Below are positions 41,901-56,587 of a DNA stretch of 64,000 nt, piece by piece. How positions within the stretch are numbered: the stretch's first letter is position 1; each line of letters starts with the position of its first letter. The stretch is from the human T2T-CHM13v2.0 reference genome, Homo sapiens. The stretch lies in assembly GCF_009914755.1 (NCBI RefSeq), contig NC_060940.1. One strand, 5' to 3'. A program made the position numbers and the translations under genes. The notes below the pieces were generated by a model. That model was given only the letters and a program-made list of their open reading frames with translations, searched no databases and had not been told where the DNA came from.

Positions 41901-44737
41901 CCTTTCGATTGCATTCGATTATGATTCATTTCGTGTTCATTCTATGGTTCCACAGGTTTCCATTCGTGTCCATTCCATTATTCCATTCTATTCCATTTGA
42001 TGATGATTCCATTCGATTCCATTCATTGGTGATTCCACTCAATTCCATTCAATGATTCCATTCCATTTCTTTCAACAATGATTCCATTAGTTTCTAATCG
42101 ATGATCCACTTGATTCCATTTGACGACGATTCCATTCTTGTCCATTCGATGATTCCATTTGATTCCATATGATGATGATTCCATTCGATTCCATACCATG
42201 ATGATTCCATTCGAGTCCATTCAATGGTGATTCCATTCAATTCCATTCGATGATTCCTTTTGATTCCATTCGATGATGATGGCATTCGATTCCTTTCAAT
42301 CATTCCCTTTGATTCCATTCAAAGGTGATTTCATTCAAGTCCATTCGATAATTGCATTCGATTCCATTCTATGATGATTCCATTCGAGTCCATTTGATGA
42401 TTCCATTCAATTCAAGTCAATGATGATTCCATTCGATTCCATTCGATGATTCCATTGGATTCCATTCGATGATGATTCCATTCAAATCCATTCGATAATT
42501 CAATTCAAGTCCATTCGATGATGATTCCAATCGAATCCATTCAAAGATTCCATTCAGTTCCATTCGATGATTCCCTTAGATTCCATTCGATGATTCCACT
42601 TGATTGCATTTACGATGATTCCATTCGATTCCATGTGATGATTCCATTCAATTCTATTCAATGATGTCTCCATTTGATTCCATTCGACCATGATTGCCTT
42701 TGATTCCATTCAATGATTCCATTCGGTTCCGTTTGATGATGATTCCGTTCGATTCCATTTGATGATTCCATTTGATTCCATTGGATGAGTCCATTCGATT
42801 ACATTCGATGATTATTCCATTCGAGTGCATTAGATGATTCCATTCGAGTCCATTCGATGATTCCATTCGATTCCATTCGATGTTGATTCTGTTCAAATCC
42901 ATTCGATGATTCCACTCGATTCCATTCGTTGACTCCATTTGATCCCATTCGATGATTTCCTTTGATTCCCTTTGATGATCATTCCATTTGATTCAATTCG
43001 GTGATTTCATTTGATTCCATTCAGTGATGTTTCCATTCGACTCCATTCGATGATGATTCCATTCGACTCCATTCGATTATGATTTCATTCAATTCCATTC
43101 GATAATGATTCCCTTCGAGTCCATTCGATGATTCCATTCGATTCCATTCAACGATGATTTGATTCGTGTCCATTCGATGATTCCATTTGATTCCACTTGA
43201 TGATGATTCCATTCGAGTCCATTTGATGATTCCATTCAATTCCATACTCCGATGATTTCTTTTGAGCCCACTCAATGCTTCCACTCGATTCCATATGATG
43301 ATGACTCCATTCGATGAAATTCGATGATGATTCCATTCGCTTGCTTTCGATGATGATTCCACTTGAGTCCGTTAGAAGATTCTATTCAATTACATTCCAG
43401 GACGATTCCGTTCGAGTCCATTTGATGATTCCATTAGACTCCATTCGACGATGATTCCATTCGATGTTATTCGATGATTCCATTCGATCTCATTCGATGA
43501 TGATTCCATTCAACTCCATTCGATGTTTCCATTCGAGTTCATTCTATTATTCCATTAGATTCCATTCGATGATGATTCCATTCGATTCCATTTGATGATT
43601 GCATTCTATTTCATTTGATGATGATTCCATTCGAGTCCACTCGATGATTCCATTCGAGTCCATTTAATGAATCCATTGGTTTCAATTCTATGATGATTAC
43701 ATTGGATTCCATTCGTTGATGATTTCATTCGGTTCCATTCCATGATGATTCCATTCCTTTCCATTCAATGATTCCATTCGATTCCGTTTGATGATGATTT
43801 CATTCGAGTCCATTTGATGATTCCATTTGATTTCTTTCGATGATGATTCCATTCGAGTCCATTCGATGATTCTATTCGAATCCATTTGATGATTTCTTTT
43901 GATTATATTTGGTGATGATTCCATTGGAGTCCATTCAATGATTCCATTCTATTCCAATCGATGATGATTCCATTAGAGTCCATTTAATGATTCCATTTGA
44001 TTCCAGTCTCTGATGATTACATTCGAGTCCATACGATGATTCCACTCAATTCCATATGATGATGATTCCATTTGATTCCATTCGGTGATTCCGTTCTATT
44101 CTATTCAATGGTGATTCCATTCGAGTACATTAGATGATTCCATTCGATTCCATTCATTGATGATTCTATTTGTGTCCCTTAGATGATTCCACATGATTCC
44201 ATTAGATGATGATACTATTTGAGCCCATCCAATGATTCCCTTCGATTCCATTCGATGAGGATTCCATTCGATTCAATTCATTGGTGATTCTATTCAATTC
44301 AATTCTTTGATTCCATTCCATTCCATTCGACAATGATTCCATTCGATTTCTTTCGATGATTCCACTCGATTCCACTTGACATTGATTCCATTCGATTCCA
44401 TTCAATGATTCCATTTGATTCCAGTGGATGATGATTGCCATCGATTCCATTCGATCACTCCATTCTATTCCATTTGATGATGATTACATTCGATTCCATT
44501 TGATGATTCCATCTGATTCTATTCGAGGATTCCATTTGATTCCATTCGATGATGATTCCATTCGAGTCCATTCGATGATTTCATTCGAGTACATCCAATG
44601 ATTCCATTCGAGTCCATTAGATGATTCCATTTGATTCCATTTGAAAATGATTCTACTAGAGTCCATTCAATGACTCCATTCGAGTCCATTCAACAATTCC
44701 ATTCGACTCCATTCGATGATTCCATTCGATTCCATTT
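39000..44737 (+). repeat. HOR unit U7, 5,738 bp (374-bp deletion)
   Basis: 39187->44925 = 5738; junction at 43733-43740. Confidence 0.95.
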
Positions 44738-47700
44738 GATGGTTCCATTTGAGTCCATTTAATCATTACAGTCGAGTCCATTTGGTGATTCCACTGGATT
44801 TCTTTTGATAATGATACCATTCAATTACATTTGATGATGATCCCATTCAATTTCATTTGATGATGATTCCATTAGAGTCCATTCGATGATTTCATTCGAG
44901 TCCCTTCATTGATTCCATCCGATTTCATTGGATGATGACTCCATTCGAGTCCATTCGATGATTCCACTCGATTCCATTAGATGACTCCATTGGAGTCCAT
45001 TTGATTGTTCCATTCGATTCCATTTGATTCCTTTCGAAGATTATTCCATTTGAGTCCATTCGATGATGATTCCATTCCATTCCATTCCATGATTCCGTTT
45101 GATTCCATTCGATGATTCCCTTCGATTCCTTTCTTTGATGATTCCATTCCATTCCATTCAATGATTCCATTCGAATCTATTCCATGATGATTCCTTTCGA
45201 TTCCATTCGCTGATGTTTCCGTTCAATTCCATTCGATGATGATTCCATTCGATTCCATTCATTGAGGATTCCATTTGATTCCATTCAATGATGATTCCAT
45301 TCTATTCCATTCAATGATTGCATTCAATTCCATTCAATGATTATCCCATTAGAGTAAACTCAACGATTCCATTCAATATCATTCGATGATGATTCCTTTT
45401 GAGTCCATTCAATGATTTCATTCAAGTCCATTTGATGATTCCTTTCAATTCCATTCTATGATGATTCCATTCGAGTCCATTCGATGATTCCATTCGATTG
45501 CATTCGATGATTCCAATATATTCCATTCAACGATGATTCCATTCGAGTCCGTTCCATGATTCCATTAGAGTACATTTAATGATTGCTTTGTTTTCAATTC
45601 GAAGATGATTACATTGGATTCCATTCTATGATACCATTCGATTCCATTCAATGATGATTCCACTCAAATCCATTGGATGATTCCATTCGTGTCCATTCGG
45701 TGATTTCATTAGATTCCATTCGAGGATGATTCCATTCGATTCCATTCGATGATTCCATTCAATTCCATTCGATGATGATTCCATTCCAGTCCATATGATC
45801 ATTCCATTTGATTTCATTCGATGATGATTCCATTCGATTCCATTCGACGATTCCATTCTATTCCATTCAATGATGATTCCATTCGAGTCCATTCGATGAT
45901 TCCATTCGAGTCCATTTAATGATTCCATTGGGTTCAATTCAATGATGATTACATTGGATTCCGTTCTATGATTCCATTCAATTCCGTTCATTGACAATTT
46001 GATTCCATTCGATGATGATTCCATTTGAGTTCATTCGATGATTCTATTCGATTCTCTTCGATGGTGATTCAATTCTATTATATTGGATGATTCCATTCGA
46101 TTCCATTTGATGTTGATTCAATTCGATTCTATTCGATGATGATTCCATTGGATTTCACTTGATGATTCTATTCGATTCCATTCAATGATGATTCACTTCT
46201 CGTCCATTGGATGATTCCATTTCATTCCATTCGATGATGATTCCATTCGATTCCATTCGATGATTCCATTTGATTCCATGCGACGGTGAGCAATTCGATT
46301 CAATTCCATGATGATTCTATTTGATTCAATTAGATGATGTTTCCATTCGAATCCATTCCATGATTATTCCATTGGAATCCATTCGGCGATGATTCCATAT
46401 GAGTCAATTCAATGATGATTCCATATGGGTCCGTTCGATGATAATTCCATTTGATTTCATTCGATGCTTCTATTCTATTCCAGTCGATGATGATTCCGTT
46501 GGAGTCCATACGATGATTCCATTTGATTTCATTTGATGATGATTCCATTCGATGATGATTACATTGGATTCCATTCTATGATTCCATTCAATTCCATTCG
46601 TTGATGATTCGATTCCATTCAATGATGATTCCATTTGAGTTCATTCGATGATTCTATTCGATTCCGTTCGATGGTGATTCAATTCTATTATATTGGATGA
46701 TTCCACTCGATTCCATTTGATGATTATTCCATTGGAGTCCACTTAGTGAATCCTTTAGATTCTACTCGACGATGATTCCATTCGAGTCCATTCGATGATA
46801 CCATTCAATTCCATTCGTTGATGCTTCCATTCAAGTGCATTCGATGATATCATTCGATTCCATTTGATGATAATTCCATTTGATTCCATGCGATGATTCT
46901 ATTCGATTCCATTCAATGATAATTCCATTCAATTCAGTGATTCCTCTGGACTCCATTTGATGATGATTCCATTCAATGATTCCATTCGATTCTATTCGAA
47001 AATGATTCCATTTGAATCCATTTGATGATGATTCCATTAGATTCCATTTGATGATTCCATTCGATTCCATTCGACGATGATTCCATTCCATTCCGTTTGA
47101 TGATTCCATTCTATTCTATTCGATGATGATTCCATTCGATTCCATTCGATGATGATTGGATTCGATTCCATTGGATGATTTCATTTGATTCCATTCGTTA
47201 ATGATTTCGATCAATTCCATTCGATGATTCCATTCGATTCCATTCGATAATGATTACATCCGAGTCCATTCGATGATTCCCTTTGAGCCTGTTCGATAAT
47301 TCCATTTGAGTCCAACCAATGATTCCATTCATTTCCATTCAATGATTCCATTCGAGTCCATTTGATCATTCCGGTAGGGTCCATTCGATGTTGATTCCAT
47401 TGGAGTGCATTCGATGATTCCATTCGAGTCCATTTTAGGATTTGATTCGAGTCCTTTCGATGATTCCATTCGATTCCACTCGATGATGATTTCATTCGAG
47501 TCCATTCGACACTTCCAATCGATTCCATTTGATGATTCCATTCGAGTCCAATTGATGATTCCATTCAATTCCATTCGATGATGATTCCGTACGATTCCAT
47601 TCTGTGATGATTCCATGTGATTGCATTCAATGATGATTCCTTTCGATTGCATTCGATTATGATTCATTTCGTGTTCATTCTATGGTTCCACAGGTTTCCA

Positions 47701-50700
47701 TTCGTGTCCATTCCGTTATTCCATTCTATTCCATTTGATGATGATTCCGTTCGATTCCATTCATTGGTGATTCCACTCAATTCCATTCAATGATTCCATT
47801 CCATTTCTTTCAACAATGATTCCATTAGTTTCTAATCGATGATCCACTTGATTCCATTTGATGACGATTCCATTCTTGTCCATTCGATTATTCCATTTGA
47901 TTCCATATGATGATGATTCCATTCGATTCCATACCATGATGATTCCATTCGAGTCCATTCAATGGTGATTCCATTCAATTCCATTCGATGATTCCTTTTG
48001 ATTCCATTCGATGATGATGGCATTCGATTCCTTTCAATCATTCCCTTTGATTCCATTCAAAGGTGATTTCATTCAAGTCCATTCGATAATTGCATTCGAT
48101 TCCATTCTATGATGATTCCATTCGAGTCCATTTGATGATTCCATTCAATTCAAGTCAATGATGATTCCATTCGATTCCATTCGATGATTCCATTGGATTC
48201 CATTCGATGATGATTCCATTCAAATCCATTCGATAATTCAATTCAAGTCCATTCGATGATGATTCCAATCGAATCCATTCAAAGATTCCATTCAGTTCCA
48301 TTCGATGATTCCCTTAGATTCCATTCGATGATTCCACTTGATTGCATTTACGATGATTCCATTCGATTCCATGTGATGATTCCATTCAATTCTATTCAAT
48401 GATGTCTCCATTTGATTCCATTCGACCATGATTGCCTTTGATTCCATTCAATGATTCCATTCGGTTCCGTTTGATGATGATTCCGTTCGATTCCATTTGA
48501 TGATTCCATTTGATTCCATTGGATGAGTCCATTCGATTACATTCGATGATTATTCCATTCGAGTGCATTAGATGATTCCATTCGAGTCCATTCGATGATT
48601 CCATTCGATTCCATTCGATGTTGATTCTGTTCAAATCCATTCGATGATTCCACTCGATTCCATTCGTTGACTCCATTTGATCCCATTCGATGATTTCCTT
48701 TGATTCCCTTTGATGATCATTCCATTTGATTCAATTCGGTGATTTCATTTGATTCCATTCAGTGATGTTTCCATTCGACTCCATTCGATGATGATTCCAT
48801 TCGACTCCATTCGATTATGATTTCATTCAATTCCATTCGATAATGATTCCCTTCGAGTCCATTTGATGATTCCATTCGATTCCATTCAACGATGATTTGA
48901 TTCGTGTCCATTCGATGATTCCATTTGATTCCACTTGATGATGATTCCATTCGAGTCCATTTGATGATTCCATTCAATTCCATACTCCGATGATTTCTTT
49001 TGAGCCCACTCAATGCTTCCACTCGATTCCATATGATGATGACTCCATTCGATGAAATTCGATGATGATTCCATTCGCTTGCTTTCGATGATGATTCCAC
49101 TTGAGTCCGTTAGAAGATTCTATTCAATTACATTCCATGACGATTCCGTTCGAGTCCATTTGATGATTCCATTAGACTCCATTCGACGATGATTCCATTC
49201 GATGTTATTCCATGATTCCATTCGATCTCATTCGATGATGATTCCATTCAACTCCATTCGATGTTTCCATTCGAGTTCATTCTATTATTCCATTAGATTC
49301 CATTCGATGATGATTCCATTCGATTCCATTTGATGATTGCATTCTATTTCATTTGATGATGATTCCATTCGAGTCCACTCGATGATTCCATTCGAGTCCA
49401 TTTAATGAATCCATTGGTTTCAATTCTATGATGATTACATTGGATTCCATTCGTTGATGATTTCATTCGGTTCCATTCAATGATGATTCCATTCAATTCC
49501 TTTCAATGTTTCCATTCAATTCCATACGATGATGATTCCATTTGATTTGATTCGACAGTGAGCCATTCGATTCAATTCCATGATGATTCTATTTGATTCA
49601 ATTGGTTGACATTTCCATTCGATTCCATTCGATGATGATTCCCTTTGATTCCGTTCAAAGATGATTCCATTCTAGCCCATTCAATCATTCCATTCGATTC
49701 TATTCAATGATGATTCCATTCATGTCGATTTGGTGATTCCATTTGACTTCATTTGATGATGATTCCTTTCAAGTTCATTAGATGATTCCATTCGATTCCA
49801 TTTGATGATGATCCCATTCGAGTCCATTCAGTGATTCCATTCGTTTCCATTCCATGATGATTCCATTCCTTTCCATTCAATGATTCCATTCGATTCCGTT
49901 TGATGATGATTTCATTCGAGTCCATTTGATGATTCCATTTGATTCCATTCGATGATGATTCCATTCGAGTCCATTCGATGATTCTATTCGAATCCATTTG
50001 ATGATTTCTTTTGATTATATTTGGTGATGATTCCATTGGAGTCCATTCAATGATTCCATTCTATTCCAATCGATGATGATTCCATTAGAGTCCATTTAAT
50101 GATTCCATTTGATTCCAGTCTCTGATGATTACATTCGAGTCCATACGATGATTCCACTCAATTCCATATGATGATGATTCCATTTGATTCCATTCGGTGA
50201 TTCCATTCTATTCTATTCAATGGTGATTCCATTCGAGTACATTAGATGATTCCATTCGATTCCATTCAATGATGATTCTATTTGTGTCCCTTAGATGATT
50301 CCACATGATTCCATTAGATGATGATACTATTTGAGCCCATCCAATGATTCCCTTCGTTTCCATTCGATGAGGATTCCATTCGATTCAATTCATTGGTGAT
50401 TCTATTCAATTCAATTCTTTGATTCCATTCCATTCCATTCGACAATGATTCCATTCGATTTCTTTCGATGATTCCACTCGATTCCACTTGACATTGATTC
50501 CATTCGATTCCATTCAATGATTCCATTTGATTCCAGTGGATGATGATTGCCATCGATTCCATTCGATCACTCCATTCTATTCCATTTGATGATGATTACA
50601 TTCGATTCCATTTGATGATTCCATCTGATTCTATTCGAGGATTCCATTTGATTCCATTCGATGATGATTCCATTCGAGTCCATTCGATGATTTCATTCGA

Positions 50701-50849
50701 GTACATCCAATGATTCCATTCGAGTCCATTAGATGATTCCATTTGATTCCATTTGAAAATGATTCTACTAGAGTCCATTCAATGACTCCATTCGAGTCCA
50801 TTCAACAATTCCATTCGACTCCATTCGATGATTCCATTCGATTCTATTT
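44738..50849 (+). repeat. HOR unit U8, full length 6,112 bp
   Basis: 44925->51037 = 6112. Confidence 0.95.
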
Positions 50850-53800
50850 GATGGTTCCATTCGAGTCCATTTAATCATTACAGTCGAGTCCATTTGGTGA
50901 TTCCACTGGATTTCTTTTGATAATGATACCATTCAATTACATTTGATGATGATCCCATTCAATTTCATTTGATGATGATTCCATTAGAGTCCATTCGATG
51001 ATTTCATTCGAGTCCCTTCATTGATTCCATCCAATTTCATTGGATGATGACTCCATTCGAGTCCATTCGATGATTCCACTCGATTCCATTAGATGACTCC
51101 ATTGGAGTCCATTTGATTGTTCCATTCGATTCCATTCGATTCCTTTCGAAGATTATTCCATTTGAGTCCATTCGATGATGATTCCATTCCATTCCATTCC
51201 ATGATTCCGTTTGATTCCATTCGATGATTCCCTTCGATTCCTTTCTTTGATGATTCCATTCCATTCCATTCAATGATTCCATTCGAATCTATTCCATGAT
51301 GATTCCTTTCGATTCCATTCGCTGATGTTTCCGTTCAATTCCATTCGATGATGATTCCATTCGATTCCATTCATTGAGGATTCCATTTGATTCCATTCAA
51401 TGATGATTCCATTCTATTCCATTCAATGATTGCATTCAATTCCATTCAATGATTATCCCATTAGAGTAAACTCAACGATTCCATTCAATACCATTCGATG
51501 ATGATTCCTTTTGAGTCCATTCAATGATTTCATTCAAGTCCATTTGATGATTCCTTTCAATTCCATTCTATGATGATTCCATTCGAGTCCATTCGATGAT
51601 TCCATTCGATTGCATTCGATGATTCCATTATATTCCACTCAACGATGATTCCATTCGAGTCCATTCGATGATTCCATTAGAGTACATTTAATGATTGCTT
51701 TGTTTTCAATTCGAAGATGATTACATTGGATTCCATTCTATGATACCATTCGATTCCATTCAATGATGATTCCACTCAAATCCATTGGATGATTCCATTC
51801 GTGTCCATTCGGTGATTTCATTAGATTCCATTCGAGGATGATTCCATTCGATTCCATTCGATGATTCCATTCAATTCCATTCGATGATGATTCCATTCCA
51901 GTCCATATGATCATTCCATTTGATTTCATTCGATGATGATTCCATTCAATTCGATTCGACGATTCCATTCTATTCCATTCGATGATGATTCCATTCGAGT
52001 CCATTCGATGATTCCATTCGAGTCCATTTAATGATTCCATTGGGTTCAATTCAATGATGATTACATTGGATTCCGTTCTATGATTCCATTCAATTCCGTT
52101 CATTGACAATTTGATTCCATTCGATGATGATTCCATTTGAGTTCATTCGATGATTCTATTCGATTCTCTTCGATGGTGATTCAATTCTATTATATTGGAT
52201 GATTCCATTCGATTCCATTTGATGTTGATTCAATTCGATTCTATTCGATGATGATTCCATTGGATTTCACTTGATGATTCTATTCGATTCCATTCAATGA
52301 TGATTCACTTCTCGTCCATTGGATGATTCCATTTCATTCCATTCGATGATGATTCCATTCGATTCCATTCGATGATTCCATTTGATTCCATGCGACGGTG
52401 AGCAATTCGATTCAATTCCATGATGATTCTATTTGATTCAATTAGATGATGTTTCCATTCGAATCCATTCCATGATTATTCCATTGGAATCCATTCGGCG
52501 ATGATTCCATATGAGACAATTCAATGATGATTCCATATGGGTCCGTTCGATGATAATTCCATTTGATTTCATTCGATGCTTCTATTCTATTCCAGTCGAT
52601 GATGATTCCGTTGGAGTCCATACGATGATTCCATTTGATTTCATTTGATGATGATTCCATTCGATGATGATTACATTGGATTCCATTCTATGATTCCATT
52701 CAATTCCATTCGTTGATGATTCGATTCCATTCAATGATGATTCCGTTTGAGTTCATTCGATGATTCTATTCGATTCCGTTCGATGGTGATTCAATTCTAT
52801 TATATTGGATGATTCCACTCGATTCCATTTGATGATTATTCCATTGGAGTCCACTTAGTGAATCCTTTAGATTCTACTCGACGATGATTCCATTCGAGTC
52901 CATTCGATGATACCATTCAATTCCATTCGTTGATGCTTCCATTCAAGTGCATTCGATGATATCATTCGATTCCATTTGATGATAATTCCATTTGATTCCA
53001 TGCGATGATTCTATTCGATTCCATTCAATGATAATTCCATTCAATTCAGTGATTCCTCTGGACTCCATTTGATGATGATTCCATTCAATGATTCCATTCG
53101 ATTCTATTCGAAAATGATTCCATTTGAATCCATTTGATGATGATTCCATTAGATTCCATTTGATGATTCCATTCGATTCCATTCGACGATGATTCCATTC
53201 GATTCCGTTTGATGATTCCATTCTATTCTATTCGATGATGATTCCATTCGATTCCATTCGATGATGATTGGATTCGATTCCATTTGATGATTTCATTTGA
53301 TTCCATTCGTTAATGATTTCGATCAATTCCATTCGATGATTCCATTCGATTCCATTCGATAATGATTACATCCGAGTCCATTCGATGATTCCCTTTGAGC
53401 CTGTTCGATAATTCCATTTGAGTCCAACCAATGATTCCATTCATTTCCATTCAATGATTCCATTCGAGTCCATTTGATCATTCCGGTAGGGTCCATTCGA
53501 TGTTGATTCCATTGGAGTGCATTCGATGATTCCATTCGAGTCCATTTTAGGATTTGATTCGAGTCCTTTCGATGATTCCATTCGATTCCACTCGATGATG
53601 ATTTCATTCGAGTCCATTCGACACTTCCAATCGATTCCATTTGATGATTCCATTCGAGTCCAATTGATGATTCCATTCAATTCCATTCGATGATGATTCC
53701 GTACGATTCCATTCTGTGATGATTCCATGTGATTGCATTCAATGATGATTCCTTTCGATTGCATTCGATTATGATTCATTTCGTGTTCATTCTATGGTTC

Positions 53801-56587
53801 CACAGGTTTCCATTCGTGTCCATTCCATTATTCCATTCTATTCCATTTGATGATGATTCCATTCGATTCCATTCATTGGTGATTCCACTCAATTCCATTC
53901 AATGATTCCATTCCATTTCTTTCAACAATGATTCCATTAGTTTCTAATCGATGATCCACTTGATTCCATTTGACGACGATTCCATTCTTGTCCATTCGAT
54001 GATTCCATTTGATTCCATATGATGATGATTCCATTCGATTCCATACCATGATGATTCCATTCGAGTCCATTCAATGGTGATTCCATTCAATTCCATTCGA
54101 TGATTCCTTTTGATTCCATTCGATGATGATGGCATTCGATTCCTTTCAATCATTCCCTTTGATTTCATTCAAAGGTGATTTCATTCAAGTCCATTCGATA
54201 ATTGCATTCGATTCCATTCTATGATGATTCCATTCGAGTCCATTTGATGATTCCATTCAATTCAAGTCAATGATGATTCCATTCGATTCCATTCGATGAT
54301 TCCATTGGATTCCATTCGATGATGATTCCATTCAAATCCATTCGATAATTCAATTCAAGTCCATTCGATGATGATTCCAATCGAATCCATTCAAAGATTC
54401 CATTCAGTTCCATTCGATGATTCCCTTAGATTCCATTCGATGATTCCACTTGATTGCATTTACGATGATTCCATTCGATTCCATGTGATGATTCCATTCA
54501 ATTCTATTCAATGATGTCTCCATTTGATTCCATTCGACCATGATTGCCTTTGATTCCATTCAATGATTCCATTCGGTTCCGTTTGATGATGATTCCGTTC
54601 GATTCCATTTGATGATTCCATTTGATTCCATTGGATGAGTCCATTCGATTACATTCGATGATTATTCCATTCGAGTGCATTAGATGATTCCATTCGAGTC
54701 CATTCGATGATTCCATTCGATTCCATTCGATGTTGATTCTGTTCAAATCCATTCGATGATTCCACTCGATTCCATTCGTTGACTCCATTTGATCCCATTC
54801 GATGATTTCCTTTGATTCCCTTTGATGATCATTCCATTTGATTCAATTCGGTGATTTCATTTGATTCCATTCAGTGATGTTTCCATTCGACTCCATTCGA
54901 TGATGATTCCATTCGACTCCATTCGATTATGATTTCATTCAATTCCATTCGATAATGATTCCCTTCGAGTCCATTCGATGATTCCATTCGATTCCATTCA
55001 ACGATGATTTGATTCGTGTCCATTCGATGATTCCATTTGATTCCACTTGATGATGATTCCATTCGAGTCCATTTGATGATTCCATTCAATTCCATACTCC
55101 GATGATTTCTTTTGAGCCCACTCAATGCTTCCACTCGATTCCATATGATGATGACTCCATTCGATGAAATTCGATGATGATTCCATTCGCTTGCTTTCGA
55201 TGATGATTCCACTTGAGTCCGTTAGAAGATTCTATTCAATTACATTCCAGGACGATTCCGTTCGAGTCCATTTGATGATTCCATTAGACTCCATTCGACG
55301 ATGATTCCATTCGATGTTATTCGATGATTCCATTCGATCTCATTCGATGATGATTCCATTCAACTCCATTCGATGTTTCCATTCGAGTTCATTCTATTAT
55401 TCCATTAGATTCCATTCGATGATGATTCCATTCGATTCCATTTGATGATTGCATTCTATTTCATTTGATGATGATTCCATTCGAGTCCACTCGATGATTC
55501 CATTCGAGTCCATTTAATGAATCCATTGGTTTCAATTCTATGATGATTACACTGGATTCCATTCGTTGATGATTTCATTCGGTTCCATTCCATGATGATT
55601 CCATTCCTTTCCATTCAATGATTCCATTCGATTCCGTTTGATGATGATTTCATTCGAGTCCATTTGATGATTCCATTTGATTTCTTTCGATGATGATTCC
55701 ATTCGAGTCCATTCGATGATTCTATTCGAATCCATTTGATGATTTCTTTTGATTATATTTGGTGATGATTCCATTGGAGTCCATTCAATGATTCCATTCT
55801 ATTCCAATCGATGATGATTCCATTAGAGTCCAGTTAATGATTCCATTTGATTCCAGTCTCTGATGATTACATTCGAGTCCATACGATGATTCCACTCAAT
55901 TCCATATGATGATGATTCCATTTGATTCCATTCGGTGATTCCGTTCTATTCTATTCAATGGTGATTCCATTCGAGTACATTAGATGATTCCATTCGATTC
56001 CATTCATTGATGATTCTATTTGTGTCCCTTAGATGATTCCACATGATTCCATTAGATGATGATACTATTTGAGCCCATCCAATGATTCCCTTCGATTCCA
56101 TTCGATGAGGATTCCATTCGATTCAATTCATTGGTGATTCTATTCAATTCAATTCTTTGATTCCATTCCATTCCATTCGACAATGATTCCATTCGATTTC
56201 TTTCGATGATTCCACTCGATTCCACTTGACATTGATTCCATTCGATTCCATTCAATGATTCCATTTGATTCCAGTGGATGATGATTGCCATCGATTCCAT
56301 TCGATCACTCCATTCTATTCCATTTGATGATGATTACATTCGATTCCATTTGATGATTCCATCTGATTCTATTCGAGGATTCCATTTGATTCCATTCGAT
56401 GATGATTCCATTCGAGTCCATTCGATGATTTCATTCGAGTACATCCAATGATTCCATTCGAGTCCATTAGATGATTCCATTTGATTCCATTTGAAAATGA
56501 TTCTACTAGAGTCCATTCAATGACTCCATTCGAGTCCATTCAACAATTCCATTCGACTCCATTCGATGATTCCATTCGATTCCATTT
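50850..56587 (+). repeat. HOR unit U9, 5,738 bp (374-bp deletion)
   Basis: 51037->56775 = 5738; junction at 55583-55590. Confidence 0.95.
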
